Shown piece by piece: positions 1 through 11,986 of a stretch of 64,000 nt of DNA. Each line of letters opens with the position of its first letter. Positions within the stretch are counted from its first letter, which is position 1. The stretch is from assembly GCA_051362555.1 (NCBI GenBank), contig CM120645.1, positions 8,556,001-8,620,000 on the forward strand. Direction: 5' to 3'. The notes under the pieces were generated by a model that saw nothing but the letters and a program-made list of their open reading frames with translations, did not search any database and was not told the origin of the DNA. The position numbers and the translations under genes were made by a program. This stretch comes from Lingula anatina. Its lineage: Eukaryota; Animalia; Brachiopoda.

Positions 1-112
1 TACATAGACGGGTATCTAATTTTTTCTGTCGGAAGACGGTCAAAAAATAGAGGATGGATCAACAAAATATAATATGGAAGACCGTCAGAAAATATCTCTG
101 GATCCGCCCCTG
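1..112. mobile_element. End of a non-autonomous DNA element (terminus ...GGATCCGCCCCTG), window-truncated
   Basis: Ends in ggatccgcccctg, a common MITE TIR type. The internal sequence (gaggatggatcaacaaa...cagaaaatatctctggatcc) recurs inverted at ~51067-51260. Confidence 0.5.
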
Positions 113-699
113 CAGGTGAGCCAAAAAACCAACGTAGCAGTGTGAATGGTCTAAACATATTTCTGAGAGCTGAGTAATAGATTTATTTATAATCAGTAAC
201 ATAAAAAATTTGAATGAAAAAGATAAATGAGGGTTGCTTAGTGTTTAAAGATGTCATATGCCTTGTATAGAAACCACTGTATGGGACACATTTGCTCATG
301 TAATGCACAAACATGAGCTTTTTCTGTGGAAAAGCAGAATTTCGTGTTTTTTTAATTCAATTCTGATGGTTCCTGGGACTCGTCAAGGTTAGGTGTTGGG
401 TCCCATGATAAATGTTCCGAGTTTTTTTTTTAAACCTAGGCTCATGACTGAATGCAGGGGCTATTTTTTAACAGTCTTCCAAATTATCTTTATTGATCAA
501 TCCTAATCTGAATATCTGAATCTGAATAAGTAATTTACATAACATATATTGTTGTTTATTTCACTGTATTTCAGGCCTACAGGCCAAGAGTACATCAATT
601 GAGTTCTATTTATAATAATACTGAGCTGACTACACAGGAATATATATATCATAAACGACACAAATCACTTATCTAAAAAACATCTCTTAATTTCTCAGC

Positions 700-1590
700 A
701 TGATATATGAAGGCCGCAAGTCTTTTTATAAAGTCATCATTATGTGATGACAGAGCAGTCGCTAGTGACAATGTTGTAATCTAGGGAATATAGCGTTCCC
801 TCAGACCGTTATATAAACTACATGACATTAACACGTGTTCCTCATTCTCAATAATTGTTATGCCATCAGAAAGGCATGCAGCACATACTCTATTTTCCCC
901 ATCTACACTGGCATACCGACCCTTCTCAACCTGTAAATTGTGGTTTGATATTCTGAACCTGCAGTAGGCCCTTCATAAACTCCTGATTTATATAAATACC
1001 TTTGCAGGAGAATTCTTCATAAAGATAAATGAGATCAGTTATGAATAAGCAAAACAAAAACGGGCTGACCATGCATCCTTGCCTGGTACCAACACTACAT
1101 GAGAACGTTGACGTGTAGCTTGATGTGTTTGGTAGCCTTATACAAGCTTGCAATTGTGCATACATAGACTTGAGAACACTGAGCATATTGCCATGGACAC
1201 CGTTTGCACATGTTTTAAACCAGAGGTACTGGTGATCCACGCAATCAAAAGCCTTTTGAAAGTCAACAAACATACAGTAAAATTACCTCCCTTTTTCGAC
1301 AAGTATTTTTGTATCATTGCTTGTAATGAAAATATTTGGTCCTGAGTGCAATACCCTTTCCTAAAACCAGCCTGGCATTCACTGATAATATCCTCCCGAG
1401 TTGCCCAGGTATTTAATCTATTACTTAGTATCAGTAATTTAGTAAACACCTTGCCAACAACACTTAGTAATGATATGCCTCTGAAGTTGTTTGGATCATT
1501 CGTGTTACCTTTTTTATGCAAAGGAAAAATGATGGCAACCGACCATGATTCAGGAAACTGACCAGTGGCAAGTTTGTTGATCAATCCTCT
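700..1590 (-). mobile_element. Degenerate non-LTR retrotransposon (LINE; RTEX-like) ORF2 fragment: RT N-terminal half plus C-terminal CCHC knuckle
   Basis: ORFs 1138-1584 and 926-1273 give RT motifs (FPESW..IIFPLHKKG...NFRGISLLS, QAGFRKG, FVDFQKAFD, GTRQGCMVSPFLF) across a frameshift. Manual translation of ~780-960 gives RFRISNHNLQVEKGRY...RVCAAC...ENEEHVLMSCSLYNGLRERYIP. The YADD region is absent. Confidence 0.9.
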
Positions 1591-1965
1591 ATTTATGAAG
1601 GTCTTCTGCCAGATAAAATTAGATGTCTGTTAATGTATGCCTCCATCGGCCTCTGAGTGTCATGGTGAACAACATTTTGGGATATTTTAAGTCTCCAAGG
1701 GCCAATCTGCATAAGCCTATTTAGAATGTAAATTTCTACCATAGTAGGGGGATATTTCTTATGTGCCTTTTACAATAAAAGATTGCCTTATTAAAGTTTA
1801 AACTATTAAAGGTAATAGGTAAGTCTTTGTTTGACTAAACTTTGTGCCCTCTCTCTCTCCATCCCCCCTATCCTACATGTATTAAAGTCTGGAATGGTTA
1901 TGTATTAAGGATTCTTTCTTTGTGAGACTTAGGTGAAGACAGAACTGAAAACTGATATAATTTTA

Positions 1966-2085
1966 GGCTTCGTTCACATGCAATGTCTATTTTCTAATTT
2001 CTATTTTCTATTTGCGCTATCTTATGATCACGGTCTGTGCCCTGAATATCCCGCCGCGTAATTACTGGCAGCGCGAGCCAGTTAC
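1966..2085 (+). mobile_element. ~120-bp interspersed repeat (GGCTTCGTTCACATG...GCCAGTTAC) flanked by TTA/TTA
   Basis: Near-identical to three units at 22284-22667. TTA on both sides is the PIF/Harbinger-type target. Confidence 0.7.
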
Positions 2086-2088
2086 TTA

Positions 2089-4168
2089 TAGAGTATTGAT
2101 GGCTATATACATGTACATGGGTGGTGCTGTCACAGGGGACCTCCTTTGCATCCACTGTAAACGTAAGAATAGAAACTTAAAAATTTTTTATCAATTTCAC
2201 AGAAGGATTAAAGACATGGTTAAGTTTAATTATCAGTATTATATAAGAGAACCACATACATTACTATGGTTTCCTATTAGAATAATAAATCTTGTTTTAT
2301 TTTGTATTTGCGCGATCTGTAGTTTGAGTGGCCGACTTCAGCACTATATACAATCATAATGATGATTAAAATAATTATTATTATCACTTTCATGGATTGT
2401 TTTTGGTGTAATCCACTAAAATCTTAATCTGCTATTTAGGGTACTCAATAAAGAATATATACAGATGTTCAATATTTTTATATATTACCCCTTTGACCAA
2501 AAGTTTGGTTCACTTTGACCTCAAAACAGTGCTGTTCACTTTAAAGCAGATATTGCATATTAGTGAAGTTATACTTACTGGAGACTGCACCTGTAGGAAA
2601 TTGAAAAAAAAATGCTCAAAAGGCTATGTCAAACATAAGTAAGTGAAATACAGTATAGACTAGCTTATTATTTGATTTTTAAGTTTTTGAAATTAATCTA
2701 ATTATTTTTTACATCTGACCTATATCTTCAATGTTGACAATGCTTTTTTAGGTCATTTGATTCCAGGTAATCATTTCTGTGATTCAGTATATAAATCTCA
2801 ACATGGATATAGATATAAAAAAACTTATATTGCCAAAGGTCAAAGGTTTGGAGATGAACGACTTACAAAAATTTTCATAAATGATAATCTCACATCTTAC
2901 AAAGACAGTTTTTTTTACTCTTTACATACTTTGTACACGTCGATCTAAGTTTGTTTGTATTTTTTTTTATTTATTTTATTTTTTTTTTTGTAAAAAGAAA
3001 TTTAAACTATTAGATATAAATATAACATTAAATATAATATAAATTATACAACTTGTCTTAATTTCACTTTTCTGTGCTGATATCACTTACTGATAAATTT
3101 TTTTAACTGATATTTTATAAAATCTGAGCTGTAATTTTTATTCTCACTTTGGTTACAAAGGCTGTCTGGGACACAATGGTCGCCTGAAAATCCTTCATTA
3201 CACACACAAGAGAAAGATTCTGAATGAGGTACAGCTTCCCCATCTTCATTGGTAGTATACTTGCAGTGAATGCATTTGATTTCAGTCATACAGCATCTTT
3301 CATTATCCCCACACACAGGTGGACTTGCGCCAAATGCTACAAAATAAACTAGAGAATTAGAGAGGTGACACTGCTTTTTGGGTATGTACCACCAGCTAGA
3401 TTTGGCACATAGAAGTGATGATTGATAACATACAGACAAAAACATTTGAAAAAGTTTGCAACTGAAATGTAATTGGGGACATACCTGTGGAAATATATTC
3501 ATATAGTATGTCACCCCAGACTGCCAAATTATCAACCCCATCATTTGGAAATATGAAGTGAGTATTTTGTGTTGTCTTGAGTGATTCTCTACTTTATCTA
3601 GTACTAAAATAACTGTCACCTGCTTTTTCATTCCCTCCAATAAAGGGTGGAATTTCAAGGTAGCAATACTGCTGACTGTATGTACCTGCATGTATGTCTG
3701 TACATCACATAAATCTAAGTATCTTAATTGCTCCAACAAGATAAGTCTTAGGAATTATATTAGGCCTATTTTATATAGAAACAGCATTTTATGAACACAA
3801 ATGGAGATTAAGAGCACATTCAGAACAGCAGACTAACATATCCTCAGATCAAATATGGCCAACCCAATCAAATGCTTGTTCCGTAATCCCCCTGTGGAAT
3901 CTATTAAGTGTCTAATTGGGAATAAAACAGCAAACTTTTTAGTGGGTCACCATACTCGAATCCCGGCCCTATTAGTCCACTGTCCTGAATGTGCTCTAAG
4001 AGATGAACACACTTCACACAAACATCACACAGCTGACACAGCCTTTCACATATGCATCAATCAAGTTTAACCCACACAGCAAATTGCCTTCAATATAAAA
4101 ATAAATAAAAAGGACTAATACTTACCACCATATAGTGACACCACTATCAAAACAACACAAAGGAACAT
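2089..4168 (-). pseudogene. Truncated paralogue (copy B) of the secreted EGF + PPC-like gene
   Basis: Exon1 4168-4126 (MFLCVVLIVVSLYG) and exon2 3336-3148 (AFGASPPVCGDNERCC...CVCNEGFSGDHCVPDSLCNQ). Exon3 starts at 2154 (MDAKEVPCDSTT...) and loses homology at the 120-bp repeat. All junctions are phase-1 GT-AG, matching copy A. Confidence 0.7.
3812..3996. mobile_element. PIF/Harbinger-like MITE
   Basis: TIR gagcacattcag...ctgaatgtgctc with TAA target duplication (3809-3811/3997-3999). Related ends occur at 16242/20255, 23334-23620, 25635-25806 and 38881-39370. Confidence 0.75.
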
Positions 4169-5362
4169 CTCCCTGTTCAACTGATAGTTTTGCTGCTGCT
4201 TCTGGCAAATTGCTGATCGAGTCAGAGAATGACTATGGATGTGATGAAACTTGGAACAGATTGCGTTTTTATACAATGTAGCAATTACAGACATACCATT
4301 ACATTTCATTATACTTTAGTTAGCAAATTGGTTTCTCGGAAGAATTTTGAACTTTGAATCTCATGGTTCATGATGGTGGTATGAAGGCAACCCATTGGAT
4401 GTTAACTTTAAAATAAACCTTAAATGCCTGGTCACCTTTTTTGATACATTTCTCTTCCCTCTCACTCCAACTGTATTTTTTCACCATCAACTTCATAGAA
4501 ATGAATGATTTCATTAATGTAGTATGTAACTCTTCTCAATTCTGCGACTTATTTTGCCCATATGTTTGGGAGATGTGTTAGATCATATTGCATTTGAATA
4601 GTTTTTGTACGTGTATCTGAGTCGCAATGAAAAAAGTGCTAATATAATGTGTGTGAAATCATCAAAAAAAATGACAGGGCTTTTTTTCTGAAAACCTGTC
4701 CATGAACATTATATGATGATATCGTAACCAGTTTTTTGTATAATGTCATTTTAGCCTGATTTTTGGTTAACAGCGCAAATTATAACCTTATTACCAATAA
4801 ACAGGTAACAAGCTAAACATTTCATTACGCAAAGAGTTTGGTCAGCTTCCATCTCTAGCTGTATACATAGGCCAAAAATGCTCTTTTTATACAGCAGCAA
4901 TGTATATATTTATTTGTGGAGTTTTCACATTTGACCTTGGATTTGAAAGACTTTTTTCAAGGTCAAATGGGATAATGTTTTTTTTCTTTTTAAAAATTGT
5001 GTGTGCTTCATAAACTTCATTGATCTTCCAGGGGTCTCCTTTCAGCTAGTTTGTTGCATTTGGTAGAGCACATCAAGCGCAATATTGAAAGCAGTGTTCC
5101 TTGTACTTTCTTGTACTATATATTCTGATAACTGTCTGTCTGTCCACTGTCTGTCCAAAACCTCCGTCAAAACTACAAAAACATTTTACTTTAATTACAC
5201 TGTGTAACATTATTGGTGAAAAATGTTTTGTTTCGAATTTCAGCGTGGTTTTTACAAAAGTAATGTTTTTGCATATCAGATTATTTTTCTGATAGCTGTT
5301 TATTTGAATTTTATTGTGTGAATTTATTTATTTATTTATTTTATTTTATTTTGGTAACATAT

Positions 5363-5626
5363 CCCGCACGAAAATGCAGTAGTATCGAAGTAGCAAAGAA
5401 GCATTAACGCAGTAATGGTGTGGAGCATATTTGCAGTAGAAATGCAGTATAGCCTATTACATAGGGTTGTACAGAGGAGGAGCATTAATGCAGTAGATTA
5501 GCAGCATGATAGAAGCATGTTTCAAATATGCTAATTAGCTCCCCAATGGAAGCAGATTTGAAGCATGTTTGCAGTATGATTGCAGTAGTCTACTGCGCTG
5601 GAGTATCTACTTCGTTTTCGTGCGGG
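5363..5626. mobile_element. MITE with CCC termini (EnSpm/CACTA-like, animal type)
   Basis: TIR cccgcacgaaaa...ttttcgtgcggg, 2-bp AT duplication, internal gcagta/gcat subrepeats. Confidence 0.7.
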
Positions 5627-6052
5627 ATATACCCCATAATGCCAAACAATATTTTTGTTTCACTTCAGATTTGCAGAGTGGCTATATGTATGTTTATAAT
5701 GCAGCTTCTTTTGAAAAATCAGCATGATTCGATTATTCCTTTGAATGTTTTTTTTTTACTGGGAGAGGGATATTGTTGCTTAGTATCTGTATAATTGCCA
5801 GTTTGTCCGTCTTTCTAGTTTAAATGGCTGGATGTTTAAACGGGTGAAGGTCACAGTAGAAAGAACAGATATGTTTCTTTTCTAATTTATAATTGCTGTA
5901 ATTAGAAGCACACGTAAGAACTTGCATCAAGCTGCAGCATAAATAATCTACTCACAAATTTGAAAACTGTGGAAGTCTTGCTGGATGATACTGTCAGAAT
6001 GATGAACAAAAGAAAAAAATTACAGTAATGTTGCAAGTGATTTACATGTGTT

Positions 6053-6358
6053 CTTAAAGATGCATACAAAGTCAATTTTTTGTCACAAAAACCAACCAAA
6101 TGCCAGCATATAGTTTCAAGTAGTATAACTAAGAGAATTACCAAAAGGCATTGTTTAATTTTACCCGAAAATGATGTTTGAACAGATTTTTCTGCTGGCA
6201 TTCTAAGCTATATGTCAATGGGGCAGGAAAGTAGGTCACGGAAGTAGGTTAAATTTACACCCAAAACTTTAAAGAAAGGAGCAGTCTAAAGGTCTTTTAT
6301 GGCTGATCGAGTGATCTATTCAGTTTATCCCTTGGCATGTCGAATTTATTTGAGTCAT
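6053..6358 (+). mobile_element. Interspersed repeat family beginning ttaaagatgcatacaaagtcaa
   Basis: Inverted homologues at ~25373-25634 and ~42660-42935. Confidence 0.6.
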
Positions 6359-7478
6359 ATAAGAATCTAGTAGAAGTGGTTTACAGGTGTTACTGGGAAT
6401 CCACGCTCCACTGATGCTCAGTTCGTATGTACGTTTAATGTTTGGGCTAAGAAAAATAATTTTAGAAAATTTTCCGTTTTTGCATTTATTATGTCAATCA
6501 CATTGTTTGACACTATTTGTTAATTTTCTCAGCAAATTGATTACCATGCTTCCAATGCGGTGATTGACAACAATATTAAATTGAAAATTATAGGGGATTC
6601 ATTTCATTGCAATACTTAAGGACTCTCTCATTTTCAGTTTATATAATTCAGTGAATTATCATCAACCCCTTCTCGCCCCCTCTCCCTCACCCCCCCCCCA
6701 AAAAAAAAAATAATAATAAAGTGAAAATGACAATTAAAGTCAATCAATTTTCCATCCATTTGCCCTGTAGAATTACTGCAAAAATTGTTCTCAAGTAATT
6801 ATTTTTGTTTAATCATTTTGCCTCTGCCCCCCCCCCCCCCCTTCCCACCAAAGCCCTGGATTCACCAATATTGTGGACAGAAAGAAAGTCTGACAAAAGG
6901 GTTGTTTGTTCGGGGTATTTTCTTACTGAGATTAAGTTGAAGACAAAAGTCTGAAAACTGGCATTTTAATATCTCCCAAGAAGAAGAAGGATCATGAAAG
7001 ACGACACTGACAAACAAACGAAGTAATTGCATTATATTTGGCCTGATAGTTAAGGCTGTTTTTATTTTTGTCAAACTCAAAGGAGATTTTACAATTTCAC
7101 TTTCACTGATTGACCAGGTAATAGCTAGATTAGCTATCAGAGCTATTGATATAATTACTAAACCATACCATATGACCAAGATTTAATGGTAATACATTCT
7201 TCATTAACAGATTTGCATTGTCAATATGTATAAGGCAAGATCAATGGGCTAATAATCTTTTAAGTCTATCTAGTGATGGAGAATCAATATAATATTTAAG
7301 ACATAATTGCTGTTGTTAATTTCCACCGAAGTCTCATCACAGTTATGTGTTGTGTAAAATCTAATTACAATTTGATCATTATTTTCCACTAAATTTTTTA
7401 ATAAACCATTAAAGGCTTCATTTTAACATTGCAATTTGGTCACTATAGCTCTTCATGCATCCAAGTACAGTGAAAGCC

Positions 7479-10400
7479 CTAACAAGTGACAGAAAGTTCA
7501 AAAGTCCCTTGGGCCAAACCAAAATCAGACACCCCAATCAGGTAAGTTCCATCATCTATCGCTCCTTGGTCAATATCAATTTGGGAGCGAAACCCGGGAC
7601 AGTTATCATCATTGAAGAAATTTGCAAAGTCCTTTGAAATAGCACAGCTCTGGGGGTTGGCAAATGGCAGTTGCACTTCAGATAGATCTTCACAGTCAAA
7701 TATGGCTAATTTTGTGTCGTAATTGGTTGCTGGATTGCATGTGGATACCGTGATTGGATTATCCCCTTGGTAGTTGATGTAATAAAAGAGGGTAGGTACA
7801 AAATTACTATTGCCACCAGAAAGGTATTGACGGGTAAATACATAGGTGGTGCCGTCACAGGGGACCTCTATTAAGTCAGCTGTAAAAAAAAAAAAAAAAA
7901 CATTTTATCTATTTCTGTGACCATCAAAGATGGATTAAAGACTCAACTTAAGTTTATCAGTATTATATGTATATAAGACAACCACTAAGAAGAAAATCAT
8001 TTTATATTGTAATAATAATGATTCTCTGGGAATTCTACAATAAAGTTTGAAAAGATTACATTGTTTACTAGCAAGTGTTTGGGAAAAATGTTGAAATTTT
8101 CATAGGAATTTATTTGACAGTACAACAGGTGGGGTCTTTAAAAAATTTTGTATATTACTCCCTTGACAACTTGGACTGTTTTTTTTTTTTTTTTTTTCAG
8201 TTGAAAGTCAAATTTAACTTTAAAACAAAAAAATTGACCCAAGACAAAATCTTTTAAACAGATGTCTACAGTTAAAATCTGACTGAAAGTATACTTACAG
8301 CATACAGAGACTGCATCTATGGAAAAAAAAAGAATACTTAAAATATAAAGAGAGGAAAAATGATGTGCTGCAAGTTATATTTTGAAAAGGACCTAATACA
8401 CATAAATAAGTAAAATGCAATTTGTTTAATTATTAATTTTTATAAAATTTATTTGACACACACACACACATACACACACACATACACGTACATCAGACCA
8501 AAATCTGCAATGTTTGTTGCAGTTGACAAAAGTATTATGGGTATTTCATCAGGCGTCTAAGAAAGTTTGATAAAAAAATGTCAGAAAAAAAGTCAGAAAT
8601 TACCTAGCATGCCAGAAAAGTGAACATTGTAGTAAATGGCTGCAGATACCAGAAATACTCTAAAAATTGCTTTAAAAATAGCCATAATATTTAAATGAGC
8701 TTTTTCCCAGTATTTTTCAAAATTTGGTCTAAGAAATTCCTAGCATTACAACATTTGTTTGATCATTTCCTGCTAATTTTTACTAGCTAGTTACAGTATT
8801 TGTTTGCATTTCTGATTATTTCCTACAATGGACTTCAGACATAAATCTGCAATTTGGGAAATCTGGGGGGAGGGGGGGGGGGGGTAAATTTGTAAAAATC
8901 AAGTGGAAACGGCGACAATGGGGACACTAGGTTTCAATTTGAATGATTTACAGAAATATTTATCTATGATCTCACAATTGGAAGTGAACAATATTTACTC
9001 TTTCAAATGGCTCCTTTATACATGTAAGTTTCTTTGTAAAAAAAGTTAAAGTAAGAAACAAAGACTTCTGTTTAATGCAAAATCCATGCATGTGTATTAT
9101 AACTTTTGATGTTTTATGTAACTTTTCAAATGACGTCATTATTTATTCTCATGTATATACATGTATTTCTGCATGCGTTTAATTGAGTTTGAGTTTTAAT
9201 TTTGATTCTCACCTGTGTTACAAAAGCCATCTGGAAGGCAAGGGTTGCCTGAAAATCCCTCATTACACACACATGACCAAGGTTTAGGACAAGGCATGCC
9301 TTTCCCATTTTCATTGGTGGTATTCTTGCAGTGAGTTTTGTTGTTTGGTTCCGTCTTACAGCATCTTGCATTATCCCCACACACAGGTGGACTCATGCCA
9401 ATGGCTGCAAAAAATATCCAAATTATAGAAAAGCACTCAGACTTTCACCAAGGTAGCTCAGTTCTCATTATTGTATGTATTATTCATTATTAATATACTG
9501 GGTTTGTAATGTTGCATCAAAAAATGACAAAAACCCTGTTTGGGGTACTGGCACCATAAATGTACCATGGAAAGAAATTTTCATGTTACATTCTTATTTC
9601 CAAACTTACTAGAATGATACTTAGGACTAAAAGTACAGCTTGAGTTTGACAGCCAGCCTGATTGGATTTCATTTTTTCTTGGAGTAGTGTAGTTTTTTAT
9701 CACAGGTTGACATTTTCATTGACTTTGAACCCCCATGGGACTGAGCACGCCATATTTCCGACTTTTTCACTCAATGGCAGTCTCGTCCCTCTCTGATGTG
9801 AAAAAAATTTGGTCAACTATCTGTTCTGCAACACTGGGGAGACAGACTGCACATTATCTGCACATTTTGACATTTGCTACGTGGCATATCCTTCATAATA
9901 GTTTTATAGTACACTGCAAATTTAAGTGGGTGCACAAAATTGACATTTAACCAGCTTCACTAATTAAATTGGTTATACTTCATGGAAGCTAAATTACTCT
10001 GCCTTCTGTCTCTCTCCAAAATTGTTGCTGAAAATGTCAGGTGTATGTGTGGAAAAGGTGGGGAATATGCAGTTGTTGCAGAATATTTCTGTGGTTTTTA
10101 GCCAAACTTAATTGTTAAAAAATTAAAAATATAAATGTCTTTCATCTTCAAATAGCTATTTAATAACTAGGCCAAATGTAAAACATCCTTCAAGTTATTA
10201 TCAATTTACAGTTTGATAAAAGGTTATTTCTTGCCTGCTCATGTAGTCGCTCAGCTGACTCCTCAGCTGCCCTGAACTGGATCAGCTAAGGGACCATTCC
10301 CATAACCTTATCGTACTAGCAGGATCGATGATTTCCAAGAGTATTCTTGCTAAATTGCATTTAGTTTAAGTGTGCATTAAAGTTAATTATCCCCCTAGCA

Positions 10401-11281
10401 GCTTCGGTGTGCGTGACAGACATTAAAGCCACTTGATTTTTTTAACCTTAGAACTTGATTCTCAACTAAAAGCACCTTATGCCTACCCTCTGTTTCAGCC
10501 TTTTTAAACCTTAGAACTTGATTCTCAAATAAAAGCACCTTATGCCTTCCCTCTGTCTCAGCCTTTTTAAACCTTAGAACTTGATTCTCAACTAAAAGCA
10601 CCTTATGCCTTCCCTCTGTCTCAGCCTTTTTAAACCTTAGAACTTGATTCTCAAATAAAAGCACCTTATGCCTTCCCTCTGTCTCAGCCTTTTTAAACCT
10701 TAGAACTTGATTCTCAAATAAAAGCACCTTATGCCTACCCTCTGTTTCAGCCTTTTTAAACCTTAGAACTTGATTCTCAAATAAAAGCACCTTATGTCTA
10801 CCCTCTGTTTCAGCCTTTTTAAACCTTAGAACTTGATTCTCAAATAAAAGCACCTTATGCCTACCCTCTGTTTCAGCCTTTTTAAACCTTAGAACTTGAT
10901 TCTCAAATAAAAGCACCTTATGCCTACCATCTGTTTCAGCCTTTTTAAACCTTAGAACTTGATTCTCAAATAAAAGCACCTTATGCCTACCCTCTGTTTC
11001 AGCCTTTTTAAACCTTAGAACTTGATTCTCAAATAAAAGCACCTTATGCTTTATCTTCTGATTTCAGGAGGGTATCACTTACCTACAAACGTGTGAATAT
11101 AAAGGGTATGTCTGGCAAGGAACACGGTCCCTTTGGGACTATTCCCAGACCCTATCGTACTACCTGTAGATTGTAGTATGCCTTAAATATAGAAATAAAT
11201 AAAAAGACTTCAGCACTTACCACCATATAGTGACACCACCATCAAAACAACACTGAGGAGCATGAGACTGGTCATCTTCAT
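7479..11281 (-). CDS. Secreted ~217-aa protein: signal peptide + EGF-like domain + bacterial PPC-like beta-sandwich (copy A, intact)
   Basis: Exons 11281-11221 (MKMTSLMLLSVVLMVVSLYG), 9404-9213 (AIGMSPPVCGDNARCC...CVCNEGFSGNPCLPDGFCNT) and 7879-7479 (ADLIEVPCDG...ITVSTCNPATNYDTKLAIFDC...NDDNCPGFRSQI...GTYLIGVSDFGLAQGTFELSVTC*). Canonical phase-1 GT-AG junctions; 654 nt open when joined; the exon structure is conserved in the adjacent paralogue. Confidence 0.85.
10433..11048. repeat. 63-bp tandem repeat, ~10 copies, in intron 1 of copy A
   Basis: Unit tttttaaaccttagaacttgattctcaaataaaagcaccttatgcctaccctctgtttcagcc repeated almost perfectly. Confidence 0.95.
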
Positions 11282-11656
11282 CTTGATCAAGGTGATAGTT
11301 TGGATAGAAATCTGCAGCAGCTGCTTTTCTGGAAAATTGCTAGTCAGTCAGAAACAAACTATGAATCTGATGAAACTTTGTAAAGATTGCGCTTTTTATG
11401 TGAGCAAAATCAATCCCATGATGTTCCTTTTCCCTAATTTGGAAAACTTGCTTTATGTTTTCTAACAACTTTGAACATTGAATGTCATTGGTTATGACTG
11501 CTTTAGAGTCACCAATCAAATTACAGCTTAAAGAAACAACACCCTCTGAATGTGAAATGACCCTAGTCATTTACTCCCTGATGATAGTATACAGCTTCTG
11601 AATTATTGTGCCCGTATATTTGCAATGTGTGTACTAGACTACATTTGCATTTGATT

Positions 11657-11986
11657 ACACTAGTGCGCTGGATTTGGTCTTAAAGTACAGTGTAAGATCA
11701 CAAGTGATCTTACACGATCTTAGTCATTACAGCAGTAGACTTAAAATGGACTCAATCTGCTTTTAAGATCAAAAATGTTCTAAGATCTACTAAGTGATCA
11801 AGCAGTTTCCTCCCCTCACAATGGGGGATACCTCGGCTCACAGGAAAATGTGTGAGGGGAGACAATTGCAGAACAACTTAATTGGCTGTCAGTCCAGAAT
11901 GGTCTTACTTATGGTTTAAGATCATGTAAGACTATTTGTGATCTTAAATTGCACTTTAAGACCAATTAAATCAAGCCCATTAGTGT
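11657..11986. mobile_element. Palindromic MITE
   Basis: Long imperfect inverted ends (acactagtg..ggtcttaaagt..taagatcaca / tgtgatctta..actttaagacc..cattagtgt). A partial relative lies at ~24574-24830. Confidence 0.6.

Noticed and set aside
2012-2359. ORF sharing [20 protein letters not shown] with ORF 22183-22425
   Set aside because: The similarity comes from the shared 120-bp non-coding repeat.
3083-3739. 218-aa ORF as a single-exon gene
   Set aside because: Only 3336-3148 is homologous to the paralogue and bounded by splice sites; the rest is intron read-through.
10395-11042. 215-aa repetitive ORF (KKAETEGRHKVLLFENQVLRF)n
   Set aside because: By-product of a 63-bp (multiple of 3) stop-free tandem repeat inside an intron; no true ATG or splice support.
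10433-11048. CRISPR-like regular array
   Set aside because: No unique spacers, eukaryotic context, no cas genes.
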